Below the pieces are notes generated by a model that was given only the letters and a program-made list of their open reading frames with translations, made no database searches and had not been told where the DNA came from. From Octopus sinensis (Eukaryota): a stretch of DNA of 64,000 bases. The DNA lies in NCBI RefSeq assembly GCF_006345805.1, contig NC_043005.1, positions 33,356,001-33,420,000 on the forward strand, read 5' to 3'. Both the position numbers and the translations under genes were made by a program. This document shows positions 1 to 11,788 of the stretch, piece by piece; the first letter of the stretch is position 1, and the number at the start of each line of letters is the position of its first letter.

Positions 1-539
1 TATCTCCCTTTCTCAACCTGTATTAGCAAGTTTGCTTAGTCTAGCATTATTGGAAATTTCATGGATATAAATTTGTAAATCTAAGTTGTTATCCTAACAC
101 TACTAACAATATAAATGTAAAAAAAAACATACATAAAACTTCCAGTAATGCAACACTGCGCCAAAACATTAATACATGCATTTAACTACCACAATATGGG
201 TTAAGCGACATTTTCATCCATTTGTACACCAACCTGTACGTGTGTGTGTATGTGAAAGAGACAGAGAAAGAGTGAGTATATGAGTGTGTGTGTGTCTGTG
301 TGTATACGTGCACATGTGTGTGTTTATTTTATGGTGCAAAACATAAAATGCTCAATAGTATCTTGTTTTAGAAGTGTGTGGAGTCTGATAAATGTTTATT
401 CATATGTAATGTAAACATGATTCCAGAAATACAACCTTGTTTACTTTAGATATGAATAAACATATGCAATATATATATATATAATATATATATATATATT
501 ATATATATATATATACAGACAGACAGAGAAATACACACA

Positions 540-599
<60 letters not shown>

Positions 600-984
600 T
601 ACACACAAACATACATACACACACACACTCACATACCTGCACACACATATATTTCTACATAGGCACAGCTACCTCTAAATTGGTGGTGTCACAAAAAGCA
701 CATCCAGTACACTTTGTAATCTATGAGGTTGTAAGGCTTCTTTAGTTGTGTCAATGACATGAGACACCTCTAAAAAAAAAAAAGAATCTAGTATCTAATG
801 TAAAGAAGTTGGTGTCAGGAAGGACATCAAGTCATAGCAACCAGGCGAAAATGAAACATAAGTGAGATAAGCACATTTGAGCTTTTTTGCTTAGCAGACC
901 TGTCTCATGTCTCACTTAGGGAGTTTGGACAGCCAATGTAAAGTGTTGATGGCACAGCTTCTGTATATATATATATATATTTTC

Positions 985-1222
985 TTACATGTTTCAGTCA
1001 TTTGACTGCAGCCATGCTGGAGCACTGCCTTTAGTCGAGCAAATCGACCCCAAGACTTATTATTTGTAAGCCTAGTACTTATTCTATCAGCCTCTTTTGC
1101 TGAATCATGAGGCTATGGGGACGTAAACACACCAGCATCGGTTGTCAAGTAATGTTAGGGGGACAAACACAGACACAAAAACATATACACACATACATAT
1201 ATATATATATATACACACATAC

Positions 1223-1257
<35 letters not shown>

Positions 1258-1406
1258 TGACAAGCTTCTTTCAGTTTCCGTCAACCAAATGCACTCACAA
1301 GGCTTTGGTCAACAGAAGACACTTGCCCAAGGTGCCACGCAGTGGGACTGAACCTGGAACCATGTGGTTGGTAAGCTAGCTACTTACCACACAGCGACTC
1401 CTGCGC
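985..1406 (-). mobile_element. tRNA-derived SINE, family A
   Basis: Head GCGCAGGAGTCGCTGTGTGGTAAG..GGTTCAGTCCC (A/B-box-like), internal TA/TG microsatellite, tail CAGTCAAATGACTGAAACA; many copies in window. Confidence 0.85.
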
Positions 1407-1631
1407 TTATATGTATATGGATTCATTTATAGTTGCATCTAATTATACACCTTAATTACTACACCTCCATTAATCCCAATCCTATCACAGAAACCAATTT
1501 CAATACATCCAATATATCTTAGTATTCATATTACATTATCAACACATCATGTGTATATATTATACTTTCCCACTCTCTCTCTCTCTCTCTATCTCAGATA
1601 TATATATATATATAAAGAGAGAGAGATATCT

Positions 1632-1672
<41 letters not shown>

Positions 1673-1723
1673 CATATATACATATATATATATACATATA
1701 TATGCATATATATATATACATAC

Positions 1724-1754
<31 letters not shown>

Positions 1755-1872
1755 CACATATATATATATATACATACATATATATATATACATATATTAT
1801 ATATATATGCATATATATATACATACATATATATATATATACGCGAGAAAGAAGCAACAAGAATGGATAGGT

Positions 1873-1963
1873 TTTTAGTACGATCGTTTCATACAAGGAC
1901 AGGTTTTATTAAAAGTTGCAAAGATTACAGCATATAAACGAGTCCCGTACTCATCAGCTAAAA
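1873..1963 (-). ncRNA. Minimal type I hammerhead ribozyme, mirror copy
   Basis: Exact reverse complement of 2092-2182 within the palindrome. Confidence 0.85.
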
Positions 1964-2091
1964 TACATGTAAGTTCTCTAGACATCCTAGTGTTTGAGGC
2001 TATACTCATGAAGTGATGTAGATAATTAATTATCTACATCACTTCATGAGTATAGCCTCAAACACTAGGATGTCTAGAGAACTTACATGTA

Positions 2092-2182
2092 TTTTAGCTG
2101 ATGAGTACGGGACTCGTTTATATGCTGTAATCTTTGCAACTTTTAATAAAACCTGTCCTTGTATGAAACGATCGTACTAAAA
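2092..2182 (+). ncRNA. Minimal type I hammerhead ribozyme (Penelope-like element type)
   Basis: Stem I TTTTAG(2092-2097)/CTAAAA(2177-2182); core CTGATGA 2098-2104; stem II GTACGGGAC/GTCCTTGTAT with a long loop; GAAA 2165-2168; 2-bp stem III closing palindromic CGATCG; GTA triplet, predicted cleavage after 2176. Confidence 0.85.
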
Positions 2183-2927
2183 ACCTATCCATTCTTGTTG
2201 CTTCTTTCTCGCGTATATATATATATATGTATGTATATATATATGTATGTATATATATATATAAAAACCTATCCATTCTTGTTGCTTCTTTCTCGCTTAT
2301 AATCACCCCACATTACTGTATTGTTAAATCAGTATAGTTTTTTTTGGTGCATCTAAGTTAGGTACCATATTCAAGTAAATTTTTTAAATTAACTTGAATC
2401 TTTATTGCTCTTTGTATATATATATATATATATAAAGAGAGAGAGAGAGATTAGTTTAGTTAGACGAGAAAATATGCGGACATTAAAATGATTATTATAA
2501 TCATCATTTTACCACGCATAAACATCATAGTTTTAACTTACACTTTTCATTGCTTGCATGGGTTGGGTGGAGATTTTATTGTAGCAGATTTTCTATGCCG
2601 AGATGCCCTTCCTGTTGGTAATCCTCAACTGTTTCCAAGCAAAGTAATATTTACACAGAATACTGGAAATGAATGGCACATTCTCATTGTCTTAGTGTCC
2701 AGTTTTCAATGTGTGTATGTTCACAACTTCCACACAATTGTTGAAAACACACAGACAGACACCTGCATGACTACATGAATTGGCATCTTTCATTTTCCAC
2801 CAACCAAGTCCATGCACAAGGCTTGGCCAGTCTGGAGCTATAGTAGAAAACACTTGCCCCAGGCGCCACATAATAGGACTGAAACCAAAACCTGGCTGAT
2901 TGCAAACTTCTTAAACACACAGCCGCG

Positions 2928-3016
<89 letters not shown>

Positions 3017-3079
3017 GTATATATCCTCTCTTCTCTCTCACAAAGATGCACACACGTACACACATGTATTCACATAGAC

Positions 3080-3118
<39 letters not shown>

Positions 3119-3452
3119 TATCTCATGAATTCAAAATATTTTCATTCCCATGTGTAATTCCTTCTCAGGTTTCATTATAAAGTTCGTTAGTTATGATATA
3201 TTATATTTAAACTATGAAAATAGTTCAGACAAGCAGTCTGTTTGCATGGTTGCAGGAAATTACACGTTGTTACTAATGAAAGTTCCATGTGTGACCTATG
3301 GAATATATTTAAACTCAAACATGTATTCTCTACAACAAAAATTTCTAGAATAAGATGGCCAGTTAGTCACCAACAAACCACTCAAGTATTTTTCAGTGGG
3401 TGTATGTATTCAGTTTAGTTATTTGCATATATTCATATAACTTTTATATATA

Positions 3453-3790
3453 GGTACAGGCGTGGCAGTGTGGTAAGAAGCTTGGGTCCAAGTTCAGTTC
3501 CATTGCATGGCACCTTCGGCAAGTGTCTTCAACTATAACCTAAGGCTGACCAAGGCTTGTGAGTAGATTTGGTAGACAGAAACTGAAAGAAGTCTGTCAT
3601 GTATATGTGTGTGTGTGTGTGAGTATGTGTGCCTTTGTATGTGAGCGTTTGCCCTCCCTCCCCATCTCTTGACAACTGGTAGTATAAGTACCAGACTTGA
3701 ATAAGTACTGGGATCAATTCATTTGACTACAAATTCTTCAAGGTGGTGCTCCAGCATGGCACAGTCTAATGACTGAAACAAGTAAGAGAT
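3453..3790 (+). mobile_element. SINE family A, diverged copy
   Basis: Same head, core and tail as 38325-38737. Confidence 0.75.
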
Positions 3791-3859
3791 AATAAGATAT
3801 ATATATATTCAGTTTATATATATTCTGAATATATATATTCAGTTTAAATCTTAAAAATA

Positions 3860-4200
3860 TTAATGATGGAAATTGTAGCTGTGATACCAGTGCCAGTGGC
3901 ACATAAGAGAACCATCCGAACGTGGCCGTTGCCAGCACCATCCTGACTGGCCTCCGTGCCGGTGGCACATAAAAAGCACCATCTGATTGTGGCCGTTGCC
4001 AGCCTCGTCTGGCACATAAAAAGCACCCACTACACTCTCGGAGTGGTTGGCGTTAGGAAGGGCATCCAGCTGTAGAAACTTTGCCAGATAAGACTGGAGC
4101 CTGGTGCAGCCTTCTGGCTTTCCAGACCCCAGTTGAACCGTCCAACCCATGCCAGCATGGAAAGCGGATGCTAAACGATGATGATGATGATGATGATGAT
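3860..4200 (+). mobile_element. RTE LINE 3' UTR fragment with (GAT)n tail
   Basis: Highly similar to 19900-20280; ends in AAACGATGATGAT. Confidence 0.8.
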
Positions 4201-4202
4201 AT

Positions 4203-4459
4203 AAGCTATCAGGCTGAAACTTCGAAATCACTGTCACCACTCTCCCTGTAAAAGCATAATAATTTTGTACTCTACAAAATCATTCAGTAATTCTTCAGGT
4301 TTAATGTTAAGCTGTTTTTATTATAACTTGACATAAAAACAAATAAAAACAACTTAACATTAAACCTGAAGAATTACTGAATGATTTCTAGAGTACAAAA
4401 TTATAGTTTTTAGAGGGAGAGTTGTGACAGTGACCTTGAAGTTTCGGTTTGCTAGCTTT
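4203..4459. mobile_element. Fold-back MITE (about 120-bp inverted arms, about 20-bp spacer)
   Basis: AAATCATTCAGTAATTCTTCAGGTTTAATGTTAAG and CTTAACATTAAACCTGAAGAATTACTGAATGATTT are exact complements; outer arms are also complementary with mismatches. Confidence 0.8.
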
Positions 4460-4499
4460 CATTAAACTTTGTGTGCATGCATGCGTGTGTGTATATATA

Positions 4500-5530
4500 G
4501 GACCATCATCATTATTATTTAATGTCCATCCTCCATGCTGGTATGGGATGGATGGATGGATTGACAGCATCTGACAAGTCGGAAGATTGTTTCAAACGCC
4601 AATGTCTGCTTTATCATCGTTTCTATAGCTACACTACCTTCATAAAGCCAAGCACTTTACAGAGTGTACTCAATGCTTCTTTTTCTTTCAGTTTTTTTTT
4701 CTTTTCTTTGTAACACCAGAACTAGTGAGGTTGCCATGTAATTTGCATGACTAAAGAACCTCCTTGACTGAGTGGGACTATAGTAAAGAGGGAGACAACT
4801 TTATGTTGTGTGTTGAGAAGTTAATGTATAAAACAGGAATTAAGTTTATTGCTGCAGAAGAGAAAGATAGCTACTCAAATTTTATGAGAATGGGTGGGGT
4901 TAATCAAGGTGATGCCATCTTCCAGGGTTTCCTTCTCCCACAGACTTCATTCACATTAAGCGATTGACACTTCATTATACAGCTTCCCTCATTCATTGCA
5001 CCATTCCCTCATTCATGGCCATACATTCCCTCATTCATGGCCATACTAGCACAGTCTTCTCTCTTGCACACTACATCAGCTTTTTCTTATGCCTAACTTT
5101 CCTCTCGGTACATTTACACTTTGTCATACACGCACACTAACATTGCACATCAAGTGGAGCATTCTAGCTTCATTCTTCTCTAGTCCTTGCATGTCCTCTG
5201 CATTTAGGATCTATGTATTGACCTTGTTCCTCTTTGAGTTGTCCTTCTCTTGCTCTTCTAGTCTCACTCAGTGCAACAATGCAAAAGTTGGACTTTTGTA
5301 AGTTCACAAGCTACAAAGGCAGTTCTTTCAGATCTTTCCAAGTTTGAATTGTCCATCAGTTTGTACATTCCATGTTCCAAACCCTATTGTTCAATATCCT
5401 GTAACTCTTCGACCACATATTCGCAAAACTCTCTAGCCTCATTTTTCCAGGCAAGTTGAACTGAAGCAGGCTATGCTTAAGACACCCTTTCTATACACCT
5501 CCCATTCTTAGGGTATGCAGAGTTGATCCT
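4500..5530 (-). mobile_element. Old degenerate RTE LINE 3' portion
   Basis: Diverged similarity to the RTE at 13127-16125 (CCAGGGTTTCCTTCTCCCACAG, CATACTAGCACAGTCTTCTCTCTTGCACAC, GGAGCATTCTAGCTTCATT) and its CAT tail. Confidence 0.55.
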
Positions 5531-6026
5531 AAAGATGGTTGCACAGTCAAGAATGCTGCTACCAAACAACTTTCCTACTTCACTTCCAAAGGTTGAGCAA
5601 GTAATTCTAAAATTCACCACTTCCATGCCAGTTTATGATGAAGAGCTTTCAGCCACCACCAAACTGCTCTCATCATCCTCACCAAAAGACTGCTTGTGCA
5701 TGATGTTGTTTAATGTGTAATTGTTGCACTCCAAGAAGCACATGACCCTTCACAAAAATGCTAACTGAACCCAATGGCAAGGAAACCAAGACAATTGGAG
5801 TTGTAAAACTTGTTACAGCCTTCATTTGCTTTCACACTGTTGAGTTAGGTAACTTCATCCACTTGGTCCACCATTGAGGTCATGAGAATGAAGCGCATTT
5901 GGCTTGGCTGCTACTAATAGACCCTCCTAGCATGGTTGCACCAGTCCAGGATGGCCTACTAGCAAGCAAGCCTCTACACCATGACATGGTAGGACCCTAG
6001 TTAGGGGTATACCTTGCCAAAAAAAA

Positions 6027-8520
6027 CATTCGAAGCGATAAGATTCGTTTCAGCTTCGCATGACTGTTTGGTACTAGGAGACTTCAACGCTCCCATGATC
6101 GATTGGCCCGCATCAATTTGTACAACATCTTCCCGGTTTGGCCAGGCCCTTCTTGACGTGGCTGAAGATTGTTTTCTATCGCAACATGTTGAATATCCGA
6201 CAAGGCATCAGTCTGGGCAGCAGCCATCTATGCTAGATCTGGTATTCTCCCGCTATCCAAGATCAGTGTCAGACGTATCTGTGTGCGCCCCTCTTGCCAA
6301 GAGTGATCATGCGGTCCTGAAGTTCGTCATGCACACAACTTTTTCTACGCCCACGACAACTTCGCTGCCACGTAGAGTCTTCTCTGCAATTAATCTTGAA
6401 ATTCTAACCGAGGCTTCCGCGCTTCTGGACTGGCGATCCCTGATGACGTTGTCCTCAGTTGACGAACTATGGTCATCCCTCAAAGCATATGTAATCTGTT
6501 TGACTGACCAGGCAGTTCCCGTTGGGCTTCCCAAGAGGAAGAAACACAAGCCCTGGGTGACGAAGAGGGTTAAACGAGAACGTCGACTCAGAGATATTGC
6601 TTGGGCTGAATTCAAAAATCTGGATTCGACTGCAGCTTTTGAGGTGTACAAAACTCAACGAGACCGAGCCGTGAAAATTGAAAAGAAAGAACGCTTCAGT
6701 TACGAATACAAAATCGCGGCAAATGCCAGTAGCAATCCAAAAACCTTCTTTGCCCATGTCCAGCGGAATTCCCGCTTGAACAACCAGATTGCAACGTTGG
6801 TAGACTCAACAGGCGTATCGATTGAAGACCCTTATCAACAGAGTCAATTATTTGCCGAGGCTTTTTCAACTATTTTCAAACAAGATGATGGTCGTGAACC
6901 CCCTCCATTTGATAGATCGGTACCTCCAATGCTTCGATTGGTCATCACGCGGGACGAAGTCAAACGTGTTATTCAAGGCCTCGATGTCAACAAAGGTCAC
7001 GGCCCTGACGGCATACACCCACGGGTTATCAAAGCGTTGGCTCCGGTCATCTGCGAGCCCTTAACACGACTATTCAATATGTCATTGGCGACGGGTGTTA
7101 TACCTGCAGACTGGAGAACAGCGATAATCTGCCCAATTTTCAAGAAAGGGGTCCACGAAGACCCGCTTAACTACCGACCGGTTTCCCTTACATCAATTAT
7201 CAGCAAGATGTTCGAAACCATCCTTAAGAAAAGTATGATGCTCCACCTCCTAAACACAGCCTCTATCTCTGATTCCCAACACGGCTTCGTGCCGAAGAGA
7301 TCATGCTTGACCAACCTACTAGTAATGGAAGAATTGGTGACGCGCATCCTCGATGATAGTGATGCTGTTGACATCGTTTTACTGGACTTTGCCAAAGCTT
7401 TTGACTCGGTAAACCACCGCCTATTGCTCGTCAAGCTTCAAGCATATAGTTTCCATCCGGATATTGTACGATGGGTTGGTGCCTTCCTCTCAGATCGCTC
7501 CTTCCAAGTCCAAGTTAATGGTTCGCGGTCCGACGTCTCCAGTGCGAGCAGTGGCGTGCCTCAAGGTTCAGTGCTTGGGCCCTTGTTGTTCTTAGTCTTC
7601 ATAAATGACTTGCCCGACGACCTCACGCAACACACCCTTCTATTTGCCGACGATATCAAACTGTTGCACTCACGGTAATATAGAGGATCTTCGTCGATGC
7701 CTCCACCAAATTTGGAAGTGGTCTAACAATTGGGACCTGTGTCTGAACGTGTCAAAGTGCTGTCATCTGCCTGTCGGCTCTACTCCTGCAACTCAACTTG
7801 ATTTTGAGCCGGGTCGTCTGCTGCTGGAGAGGACCGATCAGGTAAAGGACCTAGGTATCTTGGTGGATTCCTCCTTTTCGCCTTCGGCCCAGTGCGTCCA
7901 TGCTGCCAACAAAGCACGCGGAATTCTGTTCTTGATTCGACGGTCATTCGGAATGCTCACAGCAGCCATATTCCTACCACTCTATGTCACGCTGGTGAAA
8001 CCCATAGTGGAGTATGGGATTCAAGCCTCTTCTCCTTATCTCCTCAAAGACATACAGCATCTCGAAAGAGTCCAGAAGCTGGCTACCCGCATGGTTCATG
8101 GTCTCAAAAATTTGTCCTACGAAGAAAGGCTGAGGACGCTCGACCTTTATTCTCTTGAAAAACGCCGCCGCCGTGGTGATCTCATTCTCGCCCACAACAT
8201 CATAAGCGGAAAGTGTAACCTCTCGAAAGAGCTGTTCTTCACTCCTGCTCCAGAGCGTTGGCTGCGGGGTCATTCCGAAAAGCTCTACCTGCAACGATTT
8301 CATCTCAATCGAAGGAGAGGAGCTTTCTCCGTCCGGGTTGCGGATCCGTGGAACAAGCTGCCAGACGAGATGGTGAAGATGCCGACGACCGCTTAGTTCA
8401 AAGCCTCCCTTGACCTCAAGTGGCCTGAACTCTTTACATGAACACCACCCTGTACTTAACTCCATGTCCCCCTACATGGCCTTGCTATTTGCTTTTGAGC
8501 CAAATTAACTAACTAACTAA
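6027..8520 (+). mobile_element. CR1-group LINE, 5'-truncated ORF2 (APE C-terminus + reverse transcriptase)
   Basis: LGDFN, LDLVF, SDH endonuclease motifs; RT motifs NYRPVSLTS, QHGF, DFAKAFDSV, GVPQGSVLGPLLF, LFADD. Frameshift near 7665 and premature TAG at 8394; (TAAC)n tail; possible TSD CAAAAAA. Confidence 0.93.
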
Positions 8521-9143
8521 CAAAAAAGATGGCCAGTCTTTACTGTTGTAGTCTACACTAACTGAAGAAACAAGTAGTTACTGACACATCTAGATGTCTT
8601 GGAAGGATAACTTAACATAAATATTCACATGTTTCCTTTATATAGATATATTCAGGATACATTCTTTCTCTTGTTATGTGTGCCAGACAATGAAGAACTA
8701 TGATGAATGATGAGGTTCTATGAAACTTGTCCAACACATGTCCGTATACAAAGGCAAATGTAAAATGATGACAGTTATGATGAGGATGGTGGCATAGTGG
8801 TGGTAGTCATGGAGATGATGAAAATGAGATACATAAACTGATAGACAGATATGCATGCAAATACAAAAGTGTAAACACACATACATATACTATATGGTAC
8901 ACACACACATATGTGTAGGTATGCTATATAGTGTATAAGTGTCACTTTCAATGACAAGCAATATATATTCAGGGAAATTATACATAATGTTATGACAGAG
9001 GTTCTGAGGAATGTTAAAAGTAAGCATATCATAAACATATTCACTGCAATATACCTATAATGTACCAACAATATACTTTCAATATACCTATAATACACCT
9101 ACAATATACCACAATATACCTACAATGCAGAACAATATACTTA

Positions 9144-11788
9144 TCAAGTCATCCCATAAATTCTGTCCGATTTTACCTTTTTTAAAATTGAATGAAATTT
9201 AATAGTATTTTAGAATGTTTAATGGAATTTAAAATTATTTTTATGCATTTGTGTACATTTAAACTAATTAAATATTATTTTACAGAATAGAATTAAAATT
9301 TCTTTCGTTAAAACCCTTTCTAACATGGAAGTATCTAAAGAGCATTTGAGGCACATAATGCTTTATGAGTACAAAAAAGGAAACTCTGCAGCAGAAGCAA
9401 CTTGAAACATACACTCAGTTTATAGGAAAGAATGCTTGAATGAAATAACTTGCAGAAGATGATTTGCAAAATTCAGAAGTGGAAATTTCAGCCTTGAAGA
9501 TGAAGATCGAACAGGACATCCAGTTGAGTTTGATGATAAGTTCCTTGAGGCATTACTTGAAGAAAATCCTGCATTATCAGTTGTAGAATTGGCAATAAAA
9601 CTTAGTTCAAACCATACAACTGTTCATCGTCATCTTCAACAACTTGGAAAGTTTCCTAAGCTTGGAAAATGGATGTCTCATGAATTGTCCGAAAGCAACT
9701 GCAAATCCCGAGTTGACATCTGCTCTTCTCTCCATTCTCGTGAACTCATTTCACCCTTTTCAGATAGACTTGTGACAAAAAATGGATCTTCTATCAAAAT
9801 GTTAAATGACGTAAACAGTGGCTTGGTAAAAGGGGAAAAGCTCAACCACAACTGAAAAGGGAACTTCATGGGAAAAAGGTTCTTCTCTCTATCTCGTGAG
9901 ATTGCAAAGGAGTAATTCACTTTGACTTGTTACCACTTAATGCAACAATCATTGCTCAAGTCTACTGTCAGCAATTAAAGTGTTTGAACCAAGCTTTGAA
10001 GAAAAAAAGACCTGCTTTAGTGAATCGAAAAGGAGTGATGTTTCTTCAGGACAATGTGCAACGCCACACTGCAAAGATCACATCACAGAAGATCGAAGAG
10101 CTTGGTTGGGAAAAAACTCCTGATCTACCTTATTCTCCCAACCTTGCTCCTTCAGACTACCATTTGTTTCGTAGTTTACAGAATCATTTGGGGGACATAA
10201 CTTTCACAAACCAGGAGAAGGTCAAAACTGACATTTCTGACTTCTTCGCTTTGAAACCAAGAGTTTTACATTGATGGGATTAAAAAGCTTGTAAATAGAT
10301 GGAAGGAAGTCATAGATAATCAGGGAAAGTACATTGATGATTAGTTAGTTAGTTAGTTAGTTAGTTAATTTGGCTCAAAAGCAAATAGCAAGGCCATGTA
10401 GGGGGACATGGAGTTAAGTACAGGGTGGTGTTCATGTAAAGAGTTCAGGCCACTTGAGGTCCAGGGAGGCTTTGAACAAAGCGGTCGTCGGCATCTTCAC
10501 CATCTCGTCTGGCAGCTTGTTCCACGGATCCGCAACCCGGACGGAGAAAGCTCCTCTCCTTCGATTGAGCTGAAATCGTCGCAGGTAGAGCTTTTCGGAA
10601 TGACCCCACAGCCGACGCTCTGGAGCAGGAGTGAAGAACAGCTCTTTCGAGAGGTTACACTTTCCGCTTATGATGTCGTGGGCGAGAATGAGATCACTAC
10701 AGCGGTGGCGTTTTTCAAGAGAATAAAGGTCGAGCGTCCTCAGCCTTTCTTCGTAGGACAAATTTTTGAGACCATGAACCATGCGGGTAGCCAGCTTCTG
10801 GACTCTTTCGAGATGCTGTATGTCTTTGAGGAGATAAGCTGTGAGCATTCCGAATGACCGTCGAATCAAGAACAGAATTCCGCGTGCTTTGTTGGCAGCA
10901 TGGACGCACTGGGCCGAAGGCGGAAAGGAGGAATCCACCAAGATACCTAGGTCCTTTACCTGATCGGTCCTCTCCAGCAGCAGACGACCCGGCTCGAAAT
11001 CAAGTTGAGTTGCAGAGTAGAGCCGACAGGCAGATGACAGCACTTTGACACGTTCAGACACAGGTCCCAATCGTTAGACCACTTCCAAATTTGGTGGAGG
11101 CATCGACGAAGATCCTCTATATTACCGCGAGGAGCGACCAGTTTGATATCGTCAGCAAATAGAAGGGTGTGTTGCGTGAGGTCGTCGGGCAAGTCATTTA
11201 TGAAGACTAAGAACAACAAGGGCCCAAGCACTGAACCTTGAGGCACGCCACTGCTCGCACTGGAGACGTCGGACCGCGAACCATTAACTTGGACTTGGAA
11301 GGAGCGATCTGAGAGGAAGGCACCAACCCATCGTACAATATCCGGATGGAAACTATATGCTTGAAGCTTGACAAGTAATAGGCGGTGGTTTACCGAGTCA
11401 AAAGCTTTGGCAAAGTCCAATAAAACGATGTCAACAGCATCACTATCATCGAGGATGCGCGTCACCAATTCTTCCATTACTAGTAAGTTGGTCAAGCATG
11501 ATCTCTTCGGCACGAAGCCATGTTGGGAATCAGAGATAGAGGCTGTGTTTAGGAGGTGGAGCATCATACTTTTCTTAAGGATGGTTTCGAACATCTTGCT
11601 GATTATTGATGTATGGGAAACCGGTCGGTAGTTAAGCGGGTCTTCGCGGATCCCTTTCTTGAAAATTGGGCAGATTATCGCTGTTCTCCAGTCTGCAGGT
11701 ATAACACCCGTTGCCAAATTTCAAATATAACATTTGATAGCTTGTTTTCTTTATTCAAAATTCAGACAGAACTTATGAGATGACCTGA
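9144..11788 (+). mobile_element. Mariner (DD34D-type) transposon, defective, interrupted by a LINE
   Basis: TIRs TCAAGTCATCCCATAAATTCTGTCCGA / TCAGACAGAACTTATGAGATGACCTGA with TA on both sides. Transposase 9325-10344 (MEVSKEHLRH..WMSHEL..QDN..YSPNLAPSDYHLF..GKYIDD*) has stops and frameshifts. Inserted in a (CAATATACCTA)n array. Confidence 0.92.
10342..11717 (-). mobile_element. CR1-group LINE, second 5'-truncated copy
   Basis: Near-identical reverse complement of about 7087-8520, (TAAC)n tail at 10342-10366, 72-nt in-frame deletion relative to 7964-8035. Confidence 0.93.

Larger units (their letters stand above)
1810..2245. repeat. Perfect spacer-less palindrome, centre between 2027 and 2028
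   Basis: Unique arms 1841-2027 and 2028-2214 are exact reverse complements (centre GATAATTAATTATC); symmetry continues about 30 bp into the flanking TA/TACA repeats. Confidence 0.95.

Noticed and set aside
441-3180. ORFs rich in YI/HT/CV repeats (also 22963-23295, 30352-31046, 47995-48492, 52791-53322)
   Set aside because: Translations of TA, CA and TACA microsatellites; not genes.
7974-10857. ORF pair MELSTGWCSCKEFRP (7974-8465 minus, 10408-10857 plus)
   Set aside because: Antisense frames of the two CR1 copies.
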